Shown in pieces: positions 8,809-18,915 of a stretch of DNA of 64,000 nt. The DNA comes from Elusimicrobiota bacterium. GTDB lineage: Bacteria > Elusimicrobiota > Elusimicrobia > UBA1565. The position numbers were made by a program, and so were the translations under genes. The notes under the pieces were generated by a model, which saw only the letters and a list, made by a program, of their open reading frames with translations, was not told the origin of the DNA and did no database searches. The stretch's first letter is position 1; every line of letters starts with the position of its first letter. The stretch is taken from NCBI GenBank assembly GCA_043827405.1, contig JBDRPD010000003.1, positions 32,001 through 96,000 on the forward strand, written 5' to 3'.

Positions 8809-9668
8809 CGCGGCGCTTCGCGCACGGCCCGCTGGATTTTCGGGCGATGTCTCCGGTCATCAAGGGGCTGATCATCGCCAATGTGGTCGTTTTTCTTCTG
8901 CTGGAGCTGACCAGCCGCGCCCACTTTTCCCAGTTTTTTGGACTGGTCCCCTACCGGGTGCTGCACCAAGGGCTTCTCTGGCAGCCGTTCACCTACCTTT
9001 TTCTGCACGGCGGCTTCTTCCATCTGTTCTTCAATGTTTTCGCCCTGTGGATGTTCGGTATGCCCGTCGAAGCGGAATGGGGCCCGCGGGAGTTCCTGAA
9101 GTTCTACTTCATCTGCGGCGTCGGCGCGGGGGTGCTCAACGTGATCCTTACCCCGCATTCGGTGGCGCCGATTATCGGCGCATCCGGCGCCGTCTACGGC
9201 CTGCTGATCGCTTTCGCCATGCTGTTTCCGGATGCGGTGATCTACCTCTACTTTCTCTTCCCTATCAAGGCGAAGCATATGGCGGTACTCTTCGTGGTTC
9301 TGGAGTTTATGGCCGCGACGTCGACCAATAATACTACGGTCGCCCGCTTCGCGCACCTGGGCGGGGCGCTGATCGCCTACGTCTATATCCGCTGGTGGAA
9401 CTGGGCGCGCATGTACGGAACCGCCCTGCTGCGGGAGATCTTTTCGCGCAGCGGCTATAAGGGCAAGGCCGGTGCGCGGCGCAAGACCAGCGCCCGAATC
9501 GCCCCGCCCCGCCGGAAGCCGGAGCCCGCGATGAATTACGTCGACGAGATCGCGGAGGTCGACCGTATTCTCGACAAAATTTCAGATCACGGCGAGGAAT
9601 CGCTGACGCCGCAAGAGCGTGAGACGCTCCTGCGTCAGGCCAAGAAGAAGCCGGAGGGGCATGCCTAA
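8805..9668 (+). CDS. Rhomboid family intramembrane serine protease
   Basis: WQPFTYLFLH, HLFFN, IGASGAVYG, AHLGG; C-terminal VDRILDKIS.G.ESLT tail. Confidence 0.92.
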   Translation: MTRRFAHGPLDFRAMSPVIKGLIIANVVVFLLLELTSRAHFSQFFGLVPYRVLHQGLLWQPFTYLFLHGGFFHLFFNVFALWMFGMPVEAEWGPREFLKFYFICGVGAGVLNVILTPHSVAPIIGASGAVYGLLIAFAMLFPDAVIYLYFLFPIKAKHMAVLFVVLEFMAATSTNNTTVARFAHLGGALIAYVYIRWWNWARMYGTALLREIFSRSGYKGKAGARRKTSARIAPPRRKPEPAMNYVDEIAEVDRILDKISDHGEESLTPQERETLLRQAKKKPEGHA

Positions 9669-10293
9669 GCGCGCGCGGACATTGACGGTGGGTCTGACGG
9701 GCGGCATCGGCTCCGGCAAGAGCGAGGCGCTTAAGTGCTTCGCGCGGGCCGGCGCGGAAACCCTCTCTTTGGATGATATCGCGCATGAGCTTTCCCGGAA
9801 GGGACGCCCGCTGCACCGGGCGATTGTGCGGACGTTCGGCCGCGGCGCGCTCGACCGCTCCGGCGCCGTTGACCGTGAGGCTCTCGGGACGCGGGTCTTC
9901 GCCGACGCCCGGCAGCGCCGCCGCCTCGAGCGCGCCGCGCACCCGGTTATCCGCCGCGAGATGCGGCGGCGTCTGGCGGCCGCGCGCCGTGCCGTGACCG
10001 TGGTGGATGTGCCGCTGCTGTTCGAGGGCGGCCTGCAGGGGAATTTCGACGTAACGGTCATCGTGACCGCGAGCCGTGAGCGCCGCATCGAGCGTGTGCG
10101 CCGCCGGAGCGGGCTGAGCCGCAGTGCCGTTGTACGACGGATGCGCGCGCAGCTGCCGGAGCGGACCAAGCGCCGTCTGGCCGACGTCAGGATTCCCAAC
10201 GACGGGAGCCTGCGCGAGCTGGGATGTGCCGTGCGCGAATACCAAAAGGCCTTACGGCTGATCGCAGGAGGCAACAATGACTCATTCTACTAA
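9661..10293 (+). CDS. coaE: Dephospho-CoA kinase
   Basis: [13 protein letters not shown]-loop, HPVIR, DVPLLFE; follows polA. Confidence 0.95.
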   Translation: MPKRARTLTVGLTGGIGSGKSEALKCFARAGAETLSLDDIAHELSRKGRPLHRAIVRTFGRGALDRSGAVDREALGTRVFADARQRRRLERAAHPVIRREMRRRLAAARRAVTVVDVPLLFEGGLQGNFDVTVIVTASRERRIERVRRRSGLSRSAVVRRMRAQLPERTKRRLADVRIPNDGSLRELGCAVREYQKALRLIAGGNNDSFY

Positions 10294-11728
10294 TCCCACC
10301 GAACCGCAGAAGCATAGCGCCGGCAGCAGGAACAAAAAGCCCGACGCCGCGCCGCCGCCGCGCCCGGAAGGCCCGGGCGGCAATAACAAGAAGCCCGACG
10401 CCGCGCCGCCGCCGCGCCCGGACGGCCAGGGGAGCGGCAGCAGCAAGGGGGAGCCCGGCAGGACGCTGGATGTCGCGGCCATCAGCAAGATGAAGATCGC
10501 CGACTTGATGAAGCTCGGCGAAGAGATGAGCTTGGAGGGCATCTCGGGACTGCGCAAGCAGGACCTGATCGTCAAGATATTGGAAGGCCACGCCAAGCGG
10601 CATGGCCAGATATTCGACGAGGGAGTGCTGGAGATCCTTCCCGACGGTTTCGGATTCCTGCGGTCGATCGACTACAACTACCTGCCCGGCCCCGACGATA
10701 TCTATGTGTCGCCGTCCCAGATCAAGAAGTTCGGCCTGCGCAAGGGCGACACCGTGGCGGGCAATGTGCGCGGCCCCAAAGAGGGGGAGCGCTTCTTTGC
10801 CTTGCTGCAGGTGGTCAGCGTCAACGGCGTGGCGATCGAGAAGCGGGGGAACCGCATCTTCTTCGACAACCTGACGCCGCTGCACCCCAACGAGAAATAT
10901 GTGCTCGAGACCGTGCAGCAGGAGTCGACGACGCGCTGTCTCGATCTGATCGCGCCGGTGGGCAAGGGGCAGCGCTCGCTGATTGTGGCCGCGCCCAAGA
11001 CCGGCAAGACGATTATGCTGCAAAAGATCGCCAACGCCATCGCCAAGAACTATCCCGAGGTCAAGCTCCACGTGCTGCTGATCGACGAGCGGCCGGAAGA
11101 GGTGACCGACATGCAGCGCAGCGTCAAGGGCGAGGTCGTGGCCTCGACCTTCGACGAGCCGGCCGACCGGCATGTGCAGGTCGCGGAGATGGTGATTGAG
11201 AAGTCCAAGCGCCTGGTGGAGATGGGCAAGGATGTGGTCATTCTGCTGGACTCCATCACCCGCCTGGCCCGGGCCTACAACACCATCGCGCCGTCCTCCG
11301 GACGCGTGCTCTCGGGCGGACTCGAGGCGACTTCGCTGCAGCGGCCCAAGCGCTTCCTCGGCGCGGCGCGCAAGATCGAGGAGGGCGGCAGCCTCACCAT
11401 CATCGCCACGGCGCTGGTCGACACCGGCAGCCGCATGGATGAGGTCATATTCGAAGAGTTTAAGGGCACCGGCAACTCGGAGGTGGTGCTGGACCGCAAG
11501 CTCGCCGACCGGCGGCAGTTCCCGTCCATCGAGATCAACCGTTCGGGCACCCGCAAGGAGGAACTGCTGCTGACCGAGGACGAGATCAACAAGATCTACA
11601 TCCTGCGCAAGGTCCTGGCGCCGCTGGCTTCGGTGGACGCGATGCAGCTGCTCAACGACAAGCTGCTGGCCACCAAGTCCAATAAGGATTTCCTGAAATC
11701 CATGGAAATTTCGTCCATGGATGGCTAG
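10277..11728 (+). CDS. rho: Transcription termination factor Rho
   Basis: [54 protein letters not shown]. Confidence 0.98.
   Translation: MTHSTNPTEPQKHSAGSRNKKPDAAPPPRPEGPGGNNKKPDAAPPPRPDGQGSGSSKGEPGRTLDVAAISKMKIADLMKLGEEMSLEGISGLRKQDLIVKILEGHAKRHGQIFDEGVLEILPDGFGFLRSIDYNYLPGPDDIYVSPSQIKKFGLRKGDTVAGNVRGPKEGERFFALLQVVSVNGVAIEKRGNRIFFDNLTPLHPNEKYVLETVQQESTTRCLDLIAPVGKGQRSLIVAAPKTGKTIMLQKIANAIAKNYPEVKLHVLLIDERPEEVTDMQRSVKGEVVASTFDEPADRHVQVAEMVIEKSKRLVEMGKDVVILLDSITRLARAYNTIAPSSGRVLSGGLEATSLQRPKRFLGAARKIEEGGSLTIIATALVDTGSRMDEVIFEEFKGTGNSEVVLDRKLADRRQFPSIEINRSGTRKEELLLTEDEINKIYILRKVLAPLASVDAMQLLNDKLLATKSNKDFLKSMEISSMDG
10331..10427 (+). repeat. Two-copy 54-bp-period in-frame duplication in the rho N-terminal extension
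   Basis: aacaa(a/g)aagcccgacgccgcgccgccgccgcgcccgga(a/c)ggcc at 10331 and 10385, encoding [12 protein letters not shown](E/D)G twice. Confidence 0.9.
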
Positions 11729-11731
11729 GGG

Positions 11732-12244
11732 TTAGGACTTTTCCCGCAGCGCGGTCTCAATCTCGGCCCGCATTTGGGCGGCGTGCTGCGGGCCGAAGCT
11801 GATCCATTTTTTGCGTACGACGCCGTCTTTCCCTACCAGGAAGGTTTCGGGGACTTTGCGCACGCCGTAGGCTCGCGATGTCGCGAGCTTGGAGTCCTGC
11901 AGCACGGTGTAGCCCATTCCGGTTTCCTGCGCGAACTGCTTTAGGTGCCCGGTATAGGTGTCGATGCTGACGCCGAGGACGACGAGGTCTTTTTCCGCGA
12001 ATGCCGTATGCAGCTCCTGCAAGGCGGGGAGGGAAGCCCGGCAGGTGTCGCAGTAGGTGGCCCAGAAGTCCATAAGCAGCACCTTGCCGCGCAGATCTTC
12101 CGAGCGCACTGTTTTGCCGCTGAGATCCTTGAGCTGGAAGCTCGGCGCCGGGTCGGATGCCTGAATGTCGCCCCACTTTTCCGCGGGCGCGCACCCGGAG
12201 GCCGCGAGCAGGCATAGGAGACTGAGGATGCGTATCACGGTCAT
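11732..12244 (-). CDS. TlpA/ResA-like thiol-disulfide oxidoreductase, lipoprotein
   Basis: Lipobox ASGC; APSFQL, GKVLLMDFWATYCDTC, VPETFLVGKDG. Confidence 0.88.
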   Translation of the reverse strand: MTVIRILSLLCLLAASGCAPAEKWGDIQASDPAPSFQLKDLSGKTVRSEDLRGKVLLMDFWATYCDTCRASLPALQELHTAFAEKDLVVLGVSIDTYTGHLKQFAQETGMGYTVLQDSKLATSRAYGVRKVPETFLVGKDGVVRKKWISFGPQHAAQMRAEIETALREKS

Positions 12245-12300
12245 TGTTATGTATAATACATTATTGCCACCTATTTAGTGCTAATTAAGCCCGACGATCT

Positions 12301-12747
12301 ATGATAACGGTTTCTACCCGCGGACGGTACGGTCTCAGAACCATGCTCGAGCTGGCGCTCCACTCCGAGCGCGGTCCGGTGCAGCTGGGGAGTATCGCGA
12401 AAAAGCAGGGTATCCCGCGGCGCTACCTGGCGCAGCTCGCCCAGGACCTGCGAAAAGCCGGCCTGCTGCGCAGCGTGCGGGGCGCCCATGGGGGCTATGC
12501 CCTGTCGCGACAGCCGTCAAAAATCAGGCTTATCGATATCCTGGTCGCGCTGGAGGGGCCGGTCCTGCCGGTCGCCTGCGTGACGCGAGACGACATTTGT
12601 TCGCGGCGCGCGGTCTGTGCGGCCGGCGACCTATGGGACGAGGTGCGAAGCGCCGTCGTTAAGGTGCTGCAGCGCAAGACGTTGAATGAACTGGCGAAGC
12701 AGCAGGCGCGCAAGGAGCGCCGTTACGGCAAGGCGGTAGGCAAATGA
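12301..12747 (+). CDS. Rrf2-family transcriptional regulator (three Cys, probably Fe-S binding)
   Basis: STRGRYGLR, SVRGAHGGY, C-x6-C-x5-C in ACVTRDDICSRRAVC. Confidence 0.92.
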   Translation: MITVSTRGRYGLRTMLELALHSERGPVQLGSIAKKQGIPRRYLAQLAQDLRKAGLLRSVRGAHGGYALSRQPSKIRLIDILVALEGPVLPVACVTRDDICSRRAVCAAGDLWDEVRSAVVKVLQRKTLNELAKQQARKERRYGKAVGK

Positions 12748-13886
12748 CGCATCCCGGCGGGCATGGGAAGGGCGGCCGCCCGCAAGCCGTCGACTTCAAG
12801 AGCGCGCCGTTTCTCGTTATATGGGAGGCGACCCGTTCATGCGGCCTGGCGTGCCGGCATTGCCGCGCCAAGGCGATACTCGGCCGGCATTCCCAAGAGC
12901 TGACGACGGCGGAAGGCAAGCGCATTATCGAGCAGACCGCCGAGATGAAGACGCCTATCTTTATTCTCTCCGGCGGTGATCCCTTCAATCGCCCGGATTT
13001 GGAAGAGCTGATCCGCCACGGCAAGGACTGCGGGCTGCGCATGGGGACGATACCGGCCGCAACCGAGCAGTTGACCAAGGAGCGCGTCCAGGCCTGCAAG
13101 GCGGCCGGGCTCGACCAGATGGCTTTCAGCCTCGATGGGCCGACCGCGGCGCTGCATGACGATTTTCGCCGGGTCGCGGGATCTTTTGCGCGCACGATGG
13201 AGGGGGTGCGCTTTGCCCATGAGGCCGGCGTCCCCGTGCAGATCAATACTTGCTTTTTTTCCGAGAACTTCAAATATCTCGAGGAAATGGTGGCCCTGGT
13301 CAGGAGCCTGGACATCGTGTTCTGGGAAGTGTTCTTTCTCATCCCCACCGGACGCGGCGCCGAGCTGAAGAATATGACGGCCGAGCGCTTTGAGCAGGTT
13401 TTTGCGCGTTTATGGCGTCTCAACAAGGAAGAGAAATTTATTATCAAAGTGACCGACGCTCAGCACTACCGCCGCTTCGTCATTCAGAAGGAGGCCGCGG
13501 AGGATAAAAGCGAGGAGAGCATGGCGGAACGCGTCCGCCATATCCTCGCGCGGCCGCGCGGGGTAGGCGGCAGCATGGGCATGTCTCCCGAGGCGGTCAA
13601 TGCCGGCAAGGGCTTCGCTTTTGTGGATCATCTCGGCGACGTTTATCCTTCCGGCTTTCTGCCGCTCACGGCCGGCAGCGTCCGGCAGACTTCTTTGGTG
13701 GAGATCTACCGGAACTCCAAGCTCTTTACCGAGCTGCGGGATCCCGCGCTGCTGAAGGGCCGCTGCGGGGCCTGTGAGTTCAAGCGGATCTGCGGCGGCT
13801 CGCGGGCCCGTGCTTACGCGTTAACGGGAGATTATCTCGAGACGGACCCCTGCTGCGCATATATTCCTAATGGTTGGGAGGAGTAG
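12744..13886 (+). CDS. Radical SAM/SPASM protein, AhbC/AhbD/NirJ-like (heme-related)
   Basis: WEATRSCGLACRHCRA (CxxxCxxC), GGDP, C-terminal CGACEFKRICGGSRARAY...DPCC. Confidence 0.8.
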   Translation: MTHPGGHGKGGRPQAVDFKSAPFLVIWEATRSCGLACRHCRAKAILGRHSQELTTAEGKRIIEQTAEMKTPIFILSGGDPFNRPDLEELIRHGKDCGLRMGTIPAATEQLTKERVQACKAAGLDQMAFSLDGPTAALHDDFRRVAGSFARTMEGVRFAHEAGVPVQINTCFFSENFKYLEEMVALVRSLDIVFWEVFFLIPTGRGAELKNMTAERFEQVFARLWRLNKEEKFIIKVTDAQHYRRFVIQKEAAEDKSEESMAERVRHILARPRGVGGSMGMSPEAVNAGKGFAFVDHLGDVYPSGFLPLTAGSVRQTSLVEIYRNSKLFTELRDPALLKGRCGACEFKRICGGSRARAYALTGDYLETDPCCAYIPNGWEE

Positions 13887-13890
13887 CTTT

Positions 13891-14538
13891 ATGGCGAAGA
13901 TTTTATCCGGATCGGCCGTGCTGGCCGGCGCGGTGCTGTGTCTGAGCGCCTGTTCCGACAAGGATGTCGAAATCTACCGCATCGCCAAGACCGCGGAAGC
14001 GCCGCCGGCCGCGGAAGCGCTGCCCGCGGGGCACCCGCCTATGGACGGCGGCGCGCAAATGCCGGACGGCCATCCTCCGCTCGGCGCGGGAGGCGGGGCG
14101 GCCGCCATGCCGGGCGCCGCGCCGGTCTCCGGCGGCTTGCGCTGGAAACTCCCTGCGGGGTGGACGGAAAAGGCCGGCGCGGGAATGCGGGCCGCCACTT
14201 TTCTCGTCGGCGAGGGAGAATCCCAGCTCGAAGCGTCCGTGATCTCGCTGGGCGGCATAGGCGGCGGCATGCTGCCGAATGTCAACCGCTGGCGCCGGCA
14301 GATCGGGCTGCCGCCGATCGATGAGGAGGCGCTTAAGCGGGATACTCTCAAGCTGGTCAGCCCCGCCGGTCCGGTATTGATGTTTGATATCCCCGGGCCT
14401 AAACAGCGGATTCTCGCCGGCAGCATCCGGGACGGCGAGGCGACGTGGTTTATTAAAATGTGGGGCCCGAAAGACCCGATCGGCAACGCGAAGAAGGATT
14501 TTCGCCGGCTGCTGGAAAGCCTCCACTGGAACAAGTAA
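13891..14538 (+). CDS. Hypothetical lipoprotein with two P.GHPP motifs
   Basis: Lipobox LSAC; LPAGHPPM and MPDGHPPL; NVNRWRRQIGL; stop overlaps next start (TAATG). Confidence 0.75.
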   Translation: MAKILSGSAVLAGAVLCLSACSDKDVEIYRIAKTAEAPPAAEALPAGHPPMDGGAQMPDGHPPLGAGGGAAAMPGAAPVSGGLRWKLPAGWTEKAGAGMRAATFLVGEGESQLEASVISLGGIGGGMLPNVNRWRRQIGLPPIDEEALKRDTLKLVSPAGPVLMFDIPGPKQRILAGSIRDGEATWFIKMWGPKDPIGNAKKDFRRLLESLHWNK

Positions 14539-15698
14539 TGAAGAAAACCACGCGCAAGGCTCTATCCCTGCTGGCATCCATGCACCTGACGGTCGCGCTG
14601 CTGGTTGTGCTGATGCTGTTGGTGGTGCTCTGCACCCTGCACCAGGTTGAGCTCGGTACTTACGGGTCGGTGCTGAAATACATGCGGGGCTTTTTCGTAT
14701 ACGCGGCGCTGCCCGGGCTGGGGGTGCGCGTCCCCGTCTTTCCCGCCGGAGGCCTTGTCGGGTTGGGGCTGATCGCCAACCTGCTGGCCGTCCTGTTTTC
14801 CGCTCCGGGCGCCTTCCGGCAGCGGGCCGGCTTCTGGCTTATCCATACCGGTCTGGTCCTTCTGGTGCTGGGAGAGTTTATGACGGGCATGTTCTCGGTG
14901 GAGACGCAGATGACGGTGGAAGAAGGGCAGACCGTCAACTACACCGAGAACCGCGGCCGTGAGGAGCTTGTTCTTATCGATCACTCCCTTCCCGAGTTCG
15001 ACGAGGTTTACAGCATGGATGCCGCCGCGATGCGGGAGGGGCGGACAATTTCGCATCCGCGGATGCCGCTGGATTTCAAGGTCATCGCCCATTATCCGAA
15101 CGCGAAGCTCGAGCGCCGGCCGCCGGATTCCAAGCTTCCGCCGTCGAAAGCGAACCGCGGAGTCGGTCCCGGTGTGACCGTTTGGCCGCTGGCGCCGGCG
15201 GCCGAGGAGCAGGGGGGCAATCAGCGGACGGCCTATGTCGAGGCGACGGCCGGCGGGAAGCCGCTGGGCACTTGGCTGGTATCGGCGGCTTTAGCTCAGC
15301 CGCAGCATATCGACCATGCCGGCGGGCATTATTCGCTGCTGCTGCGGCCCAAACGCCACTATCTGCCATACAGCATCACGCTTAAGGATTTTCGCCACGA
15401 CGTCTATCCGGGGACGAGCATCCCGAAAAATTTCGCGAGCCTGATTCAGTTGAGGCATCCGCAGCGAGGAGAGGACCGTGAGGTCCTCATCTATATGAAC
15501 CATCCTCTGCGCTATGCGGGAAAGGCGTTCTTTCAAGCGAGCTACGGCAAGGGGGATACGCTCTCCGTGCTGCAGGTCGTGGAGAACCCGGGCTGGCTTC
15601 TGCCCTATGTCTCGTTTCTGCTGGTGACTTTGGGCCTGCTTTTTCAGTTCGCCATCCAGATGCGCGCATTCAGCAAGATCGAAGGGGGGGCAGGATAA
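14538..15698 (+). CDS. Cytochrome c biogenesis protein, ResB/CcsB-like
   Basis: LASMHLTV TM, LIHTG TM His, large soluble loop, MNHPLRYAG.FFQ, C-terminal PG..LPY TM. Confidence 0.82.
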   Translation: MKKTTRKALSLLASMHLTVALLVVLMLLVVLCTLHQVELGTYGSVLKYMRGFFVYAALPGLGVRVPVFPAGGLVGLGLIANLLAVLFSAPGAFRQRAGFWLIHTGLVLLVLGEFMTGMFSVETQMTVEEGQTVNYTENRGREELVLIDHSLPEFDEVYSMDAAAMREGRTISHPRMPLDFKVIAHYPNAKLERRPPDSKLPPSKANRGVGPGVTVWPLAPAAEEQGGNQRTAYVEATAGGKPLGTWLVSAALAQPQHIDHAGGHYSLLLRPKRHYLPYSITLKDFRHDVYPGTSIPKNFASLIQLRHPQRGEDREVLIYMNHPLRYAGKAFFQASYGKGDTLSVLQVVENPGWLLPYVSFLLVTLGLLFQFAIQMRAFSKIEGGAG

Positions 15699-17530
15699 TG
15701 CGCATGGCATGGAAGCCTTTGCTTATGAGCGCGCTGTTGGGACTGCTGTTCATGGTCCCGGCGGGAGCGGAGTCTTCGCCCCCGGATTTCGCGGGGCTCG
15801 GCAAGCTGCCCGTTTTACATAACGGCCGCATCAAGCCGTTGGATACGATCGCCCGCAACTCCCTGCTGCGCATCCGCGGCAAGCAGACGCTGCAGGCCGC
15901 CGGCCGGCGCATGCCGGCGATCGAATGGCTGCTCGAGGTGATGGCCGGTACAGGCAAGGCGGATTCTTTCGCGATATTCGTGATCAATGATCCGGACGTG
16001 CTCGGTCTCATCGGCAAAAAACAGAGCAAGAATAGATATTTTTCGTTTCAAGATATCGCTCCGGCCGCCAGCGAAATTCTGCGCCAGGCCGAGCGCGCGA
16101 GCGGCATCCCGCCGCAGCAGCGCGACCGCTTCACGCGCGCCGTCTATGACTTGGGGCAGCGGCTCAACCTTTATCAGCAGCTGCAAAACACCCTATGGGG
16201 CAGGCTGGTGGCGGACCCCGATGCCGACCTGAAGGCATTTAAGGCGGTCGTCGAAAAGGATTTGACCAAGGTTATGGCGATGCTCGGCGGCGGGTCCGCC
16301 GATGACGCGGCCGCGCGCCGCTTCGCGGACTATCTCGACCGCTATCGCTTTCTTTCCGGATCGGCTTACTTCCGTGCCGTGCCGCCCGCGCCCGGGCGTC
16401 CGGTTGAGGAGTGGACTAATATCGGCGAGGCGCTGCTTCAGGGTTTGCGGGGCGACGCGGTGCGGCCGGAGGTGGAACTCTACGCCGGCCTGGTCACGGC
16501 GTATCGCCGGGGAGATATCGCGGCTTTTAATCAGCGGGTGGCTGAGCTGCAGCGCCAGCTGACGGCGCGGGCCCCGCGGGCCGCCGGCCGGGCCAAGCAT
16601 GAATCCATCTTTAACCGGCTGCAGCCGTTTTACTGGGGGATGATCCTCTATCTGATCGTGTTTCTGACCGTCTGCATGTCGTGGCTGTTTAAGCCCAGGC
16701 TGCTGCGGCGCGCGGCGTTCACTTTGCTCGCCGCGGCGCTGGCGGTGCAGACTCTGGGCTTGCTTTCGCGTATGATCCTGCAGGGACGGCCGCCGGTCAC
16801 GAACCTCTACTCCTCGGCGGTGGTCGTCGGCTGGGTCGGCGTGCTGCTGAGCCTGGTGCTGGAACGGATGCATCGGCGCGGGATCGCCTGCGCGGTGGGC
16901 TCGCTCGCCGGCTTCTGCACGCTGCTGATCGCCCATAATCTGGCGATGAGCGGCGATACCATGGAGATGATGCAGGCGGTGCTGGACTCGAACTTCTGGC
17001 TGGCCACGCACGTCATCACCATTATCATCGGTTATGGCGCGACCTACCTGGCCGGCGGCTTCGCCGTCGTCTTTATCCTGCTGAAGTTTATAGGACGGTT
17101 AAGCCGGGAGAACTCCCGCTCTCTGGCGCAGATGGTTTACGGTACGGTCTGTTTCGCCCTGCTGTTTACCTATATCGGCACGGTGCTGGGAGGTATTTGG
17201 GCGGATCAGTCCTGGGGGCGTTTCTGGGGCTGGGACCCAAAAGAGAACGGCGCGCTGCTGATGCTCCTATGGCAGTCCGTGATCCTGCATGCCCGCGCGG
17301 CCCTCTTCATCCGCGAGCGCGGCCTCATGGTGATGGCGGTATTCGGCAATATCGTCACCAGCCTGTCCTGGTTCGGCGTCAATATGCTGGGCGTCGGGCT
17401 GCACTCATACGGTTTTATGGATAAGGCGTTCTTTTGGCTGGCGCTTTTTGTCGTGAGCCAGCTGCTGGTGATGTCTTTGGCCTTTGTGCCGCGGCTGGAG
17501 ATTCGCCTGCGGAAGTCCGCCGCCCATTAG
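15698..17530 (+). CDS. ccsA: Cytochrome c biogenesis protein CcsA/ResC (WWD domain)
   Basis: GRIKPLDT, PPVTNLY, WLATHV, GGIWADQSWGRFWGWDPKEN, GLHSYG. Confidence 0.92.
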   Translation: MRMAWKPLLMSALLGLLFMVPAGAESSPPDFAGLGKLPVLHNGRIKPLDTIARNSLLRIRGKQTLQAAGRRMPAIEWLLEVMAGTGKADSFAIFVINDPDVLGLIGKKQSKNRYFSFQDIAPAASEILRQAERASGIPPQQRDRFTRAVYDLGQRLNLYQQLQNTLWGRLVADPDADLKAFKAVVEKDLTKVMAMLGGGSADDAAARRFADYLDRYRFLSGSAYFRAVPPAPGRPVEEWTNIGEALLQGLRGDAVRPEVELYAGLVTAYRRGDIAAFNQRVAELQRQLTARAPRAAGRAKHESIFNRLQPFYWGMILYLIVFLTVCMSWLFKPRLLRRAAFTLLAAALAVQTLGLLSRMILQGRPPVTNLYSSAVVVGWVGVLLSLVLERMHRRGIACAVGSLAGFCTLLIAHNLAMSGDTMEMMQAVLDSNFWLATHVITIIIGYGATYLAGGFAVVFILLKFIGRLSRENSRSLAQMVYGTVCFALLFTYIGTVLGGIWADQSWGRFWGWDPKENGALLMLLWQSVILHARAALFIRERGLMVMAVFGNIVTSLSWFGVNMLGVGLHSYGFMDKAFFWLALFVVSQLLVMSLAFVPRLEIRLRKSAAH

Positions 17531-17581
17531 CGGCTCGCTTCGATCCTGGATATTCCTTTACCCGTTAAATATACTGATACC

Positions 17582-18097
17582 ATGACGGCCGCCGGACGGA
17601 AGAATCTCCAGAAAAGCAAGCAAGCGGCGGCGCCGCCGTGGTGGGCTATCGTCGCCGGCGTCGTCGTGTTGGCTTTGGCCGCGGCCGCGGCGTTGAGCCG
17701 GGGAGCGGGGGAGATCGAAACATTCGCGGCGGCCGCTCCGGCGGATACGCGCCAGGCGGCGCTCGGCGGCGACCGGCATTTCGAAGCCGGGCGGTACGCG
17801 GAGGCGATCAAGCTGTACCGGAAGGCTCTGGAGCTGGATCCCGCGGATGCCGATACCCGCAATGACCTCGGGCTGGCCCTGCATTATACCGGCCGCTCCG
17901 AAGAAGCCGTTAAAGAGCTGGTTGAGGCCACGGAGACGGAACCGTCTTTTAAAAATGCCTGGCTGAGCCTGGGTTTTGTGCTGACCTCGCTGGGCCGCAA
18001 CGAGGAAGCCCGGCCCGCCTTGCGCCACGTTATCGAGCTCGCTCCCGGGTCGCCGCAGGCGAAAGAAGCGCAGCGGATGCTGGAAGGCAAGCAATGA
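17582..18097 (+). CDS. Membrane-anchored TPR protein
   Basis: N-terminal TM, then TPR-type repeats (GRYAEAIKLYRKALELDP; LGLAL...GR.EEA). Confidence 0.85.
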   Translation: MTAAGRKNLQKSKQAAAPPWWAIVAGVVVLALAAAAALSRGAGEIETFAAAAPADTRQAALGGDRHFEAGRYAEAIKLYRKALELDPADADTRNDLGLALHYTGRSEEAVKELVEATETEPSFKNAWLSLGFVLTSLGRNEEARPALRHVIELAPGSPQAKEAQRMLEGKQ

Positions 18098-18906
18098 ATA
18101 TTTATGCGGGACTGATCCTCTGCGGGGCGGCGGCGCTGTACCTGGCCAGCTGGCTGCAGAGTATGCTCCGGAAACCGGAGGACCGCTCCGGCGTATGGGG
18201 CGTCGAGCTTACGCCGGACCGGATCATGGGGGCGGCGCTGGCTTTGCATACGCTATTCCTCTTCGTGCACGCGGCCACCCAGCACCGGTGTCCCACGACC
18301 TACTCCTATGAGGCGATTATTTTTCTCTGCTGGTGCATCGCGCTTGTTTATTATTTCGTCAGCTTTTCGTTCACCGTGCCCTGGCTGGCGAAATATGTGA
18401 CGCCGATCATCGTCGCGCTTTTTGTCGTTGCGTTTGTCGGCATGCTCTCGGTCCCGGCGGCGCATGACGTGGAAAAGGGCTGGCGCATCAAGCTGCATGT
18501 CGTCTCGCTGCTGCTGGCGTACTCTTTCTTTCTGGTCAGCTTTATTTCCGGAGTGCTCTATCTATTCAAGGAGAAGGCGATGAAGCTGCAGCGGCCGAGC
18601 CACCGGCTGCCGCCGCTGGAGCTGCTGGACAAGGTCAACCTGTGGACGCTGGTTATCGGGTTTCCGATTATGACGTTCGGTCTGTTCGTCGGTTTGCTTT
18701 TGGCGCAGGCGAACCCCAAGCTGGGCAGCTGGATGCTGGAGAAGAAAGTGATATTCGTCACGGTCTCCTGGGCCATGTACGGCATCGTGCTCCATCTGCG
18801 GCTGATGTCCCATTATCGGGGGCGGCGCGTCATCATCTTGACCGTGGTGAGCTTCTGCTTTCTGCTCCTGTCGCTGATCGGCACCCAGTGGCACTATTTC
18901 AAGTGA
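18094..18906 (+). CDS. Cytochrome c assembly family membrane protein (CcsA-like/HemX-like, degenerate WWD)
   Basis: About 8 TMs, LHVVSLLLAY, RLPPLELLDK, C-terminal His; directly upstream of hemA. Confidence 0.8.
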   Translation: MNIYAGLILCGAAALYLASWLQSMLRKPEDRSGVWGVELTPDRIMGAALALHTLFLFVHAATQHRCPTTYSYEAIIFLCWCIALVYYFVSFSFTVPWLAKYVTPIIVALFVVAFVGMLSVPAAHDVEKGWRIKLHVVSLLLAYSFFLVSFISGVLYLFKEKAMKLQRPSHRLPPLELLDKVNLWTLVIGFPIMTFGLFVGLLLAQANPKLGSWMLEKKVIFVTVSWAMYGIVLHLRLMSHYRGRRVIILTVVSFCFLLLSLIGTQWHYFK

Positions 18907-18915
18907 ACTGAAACC

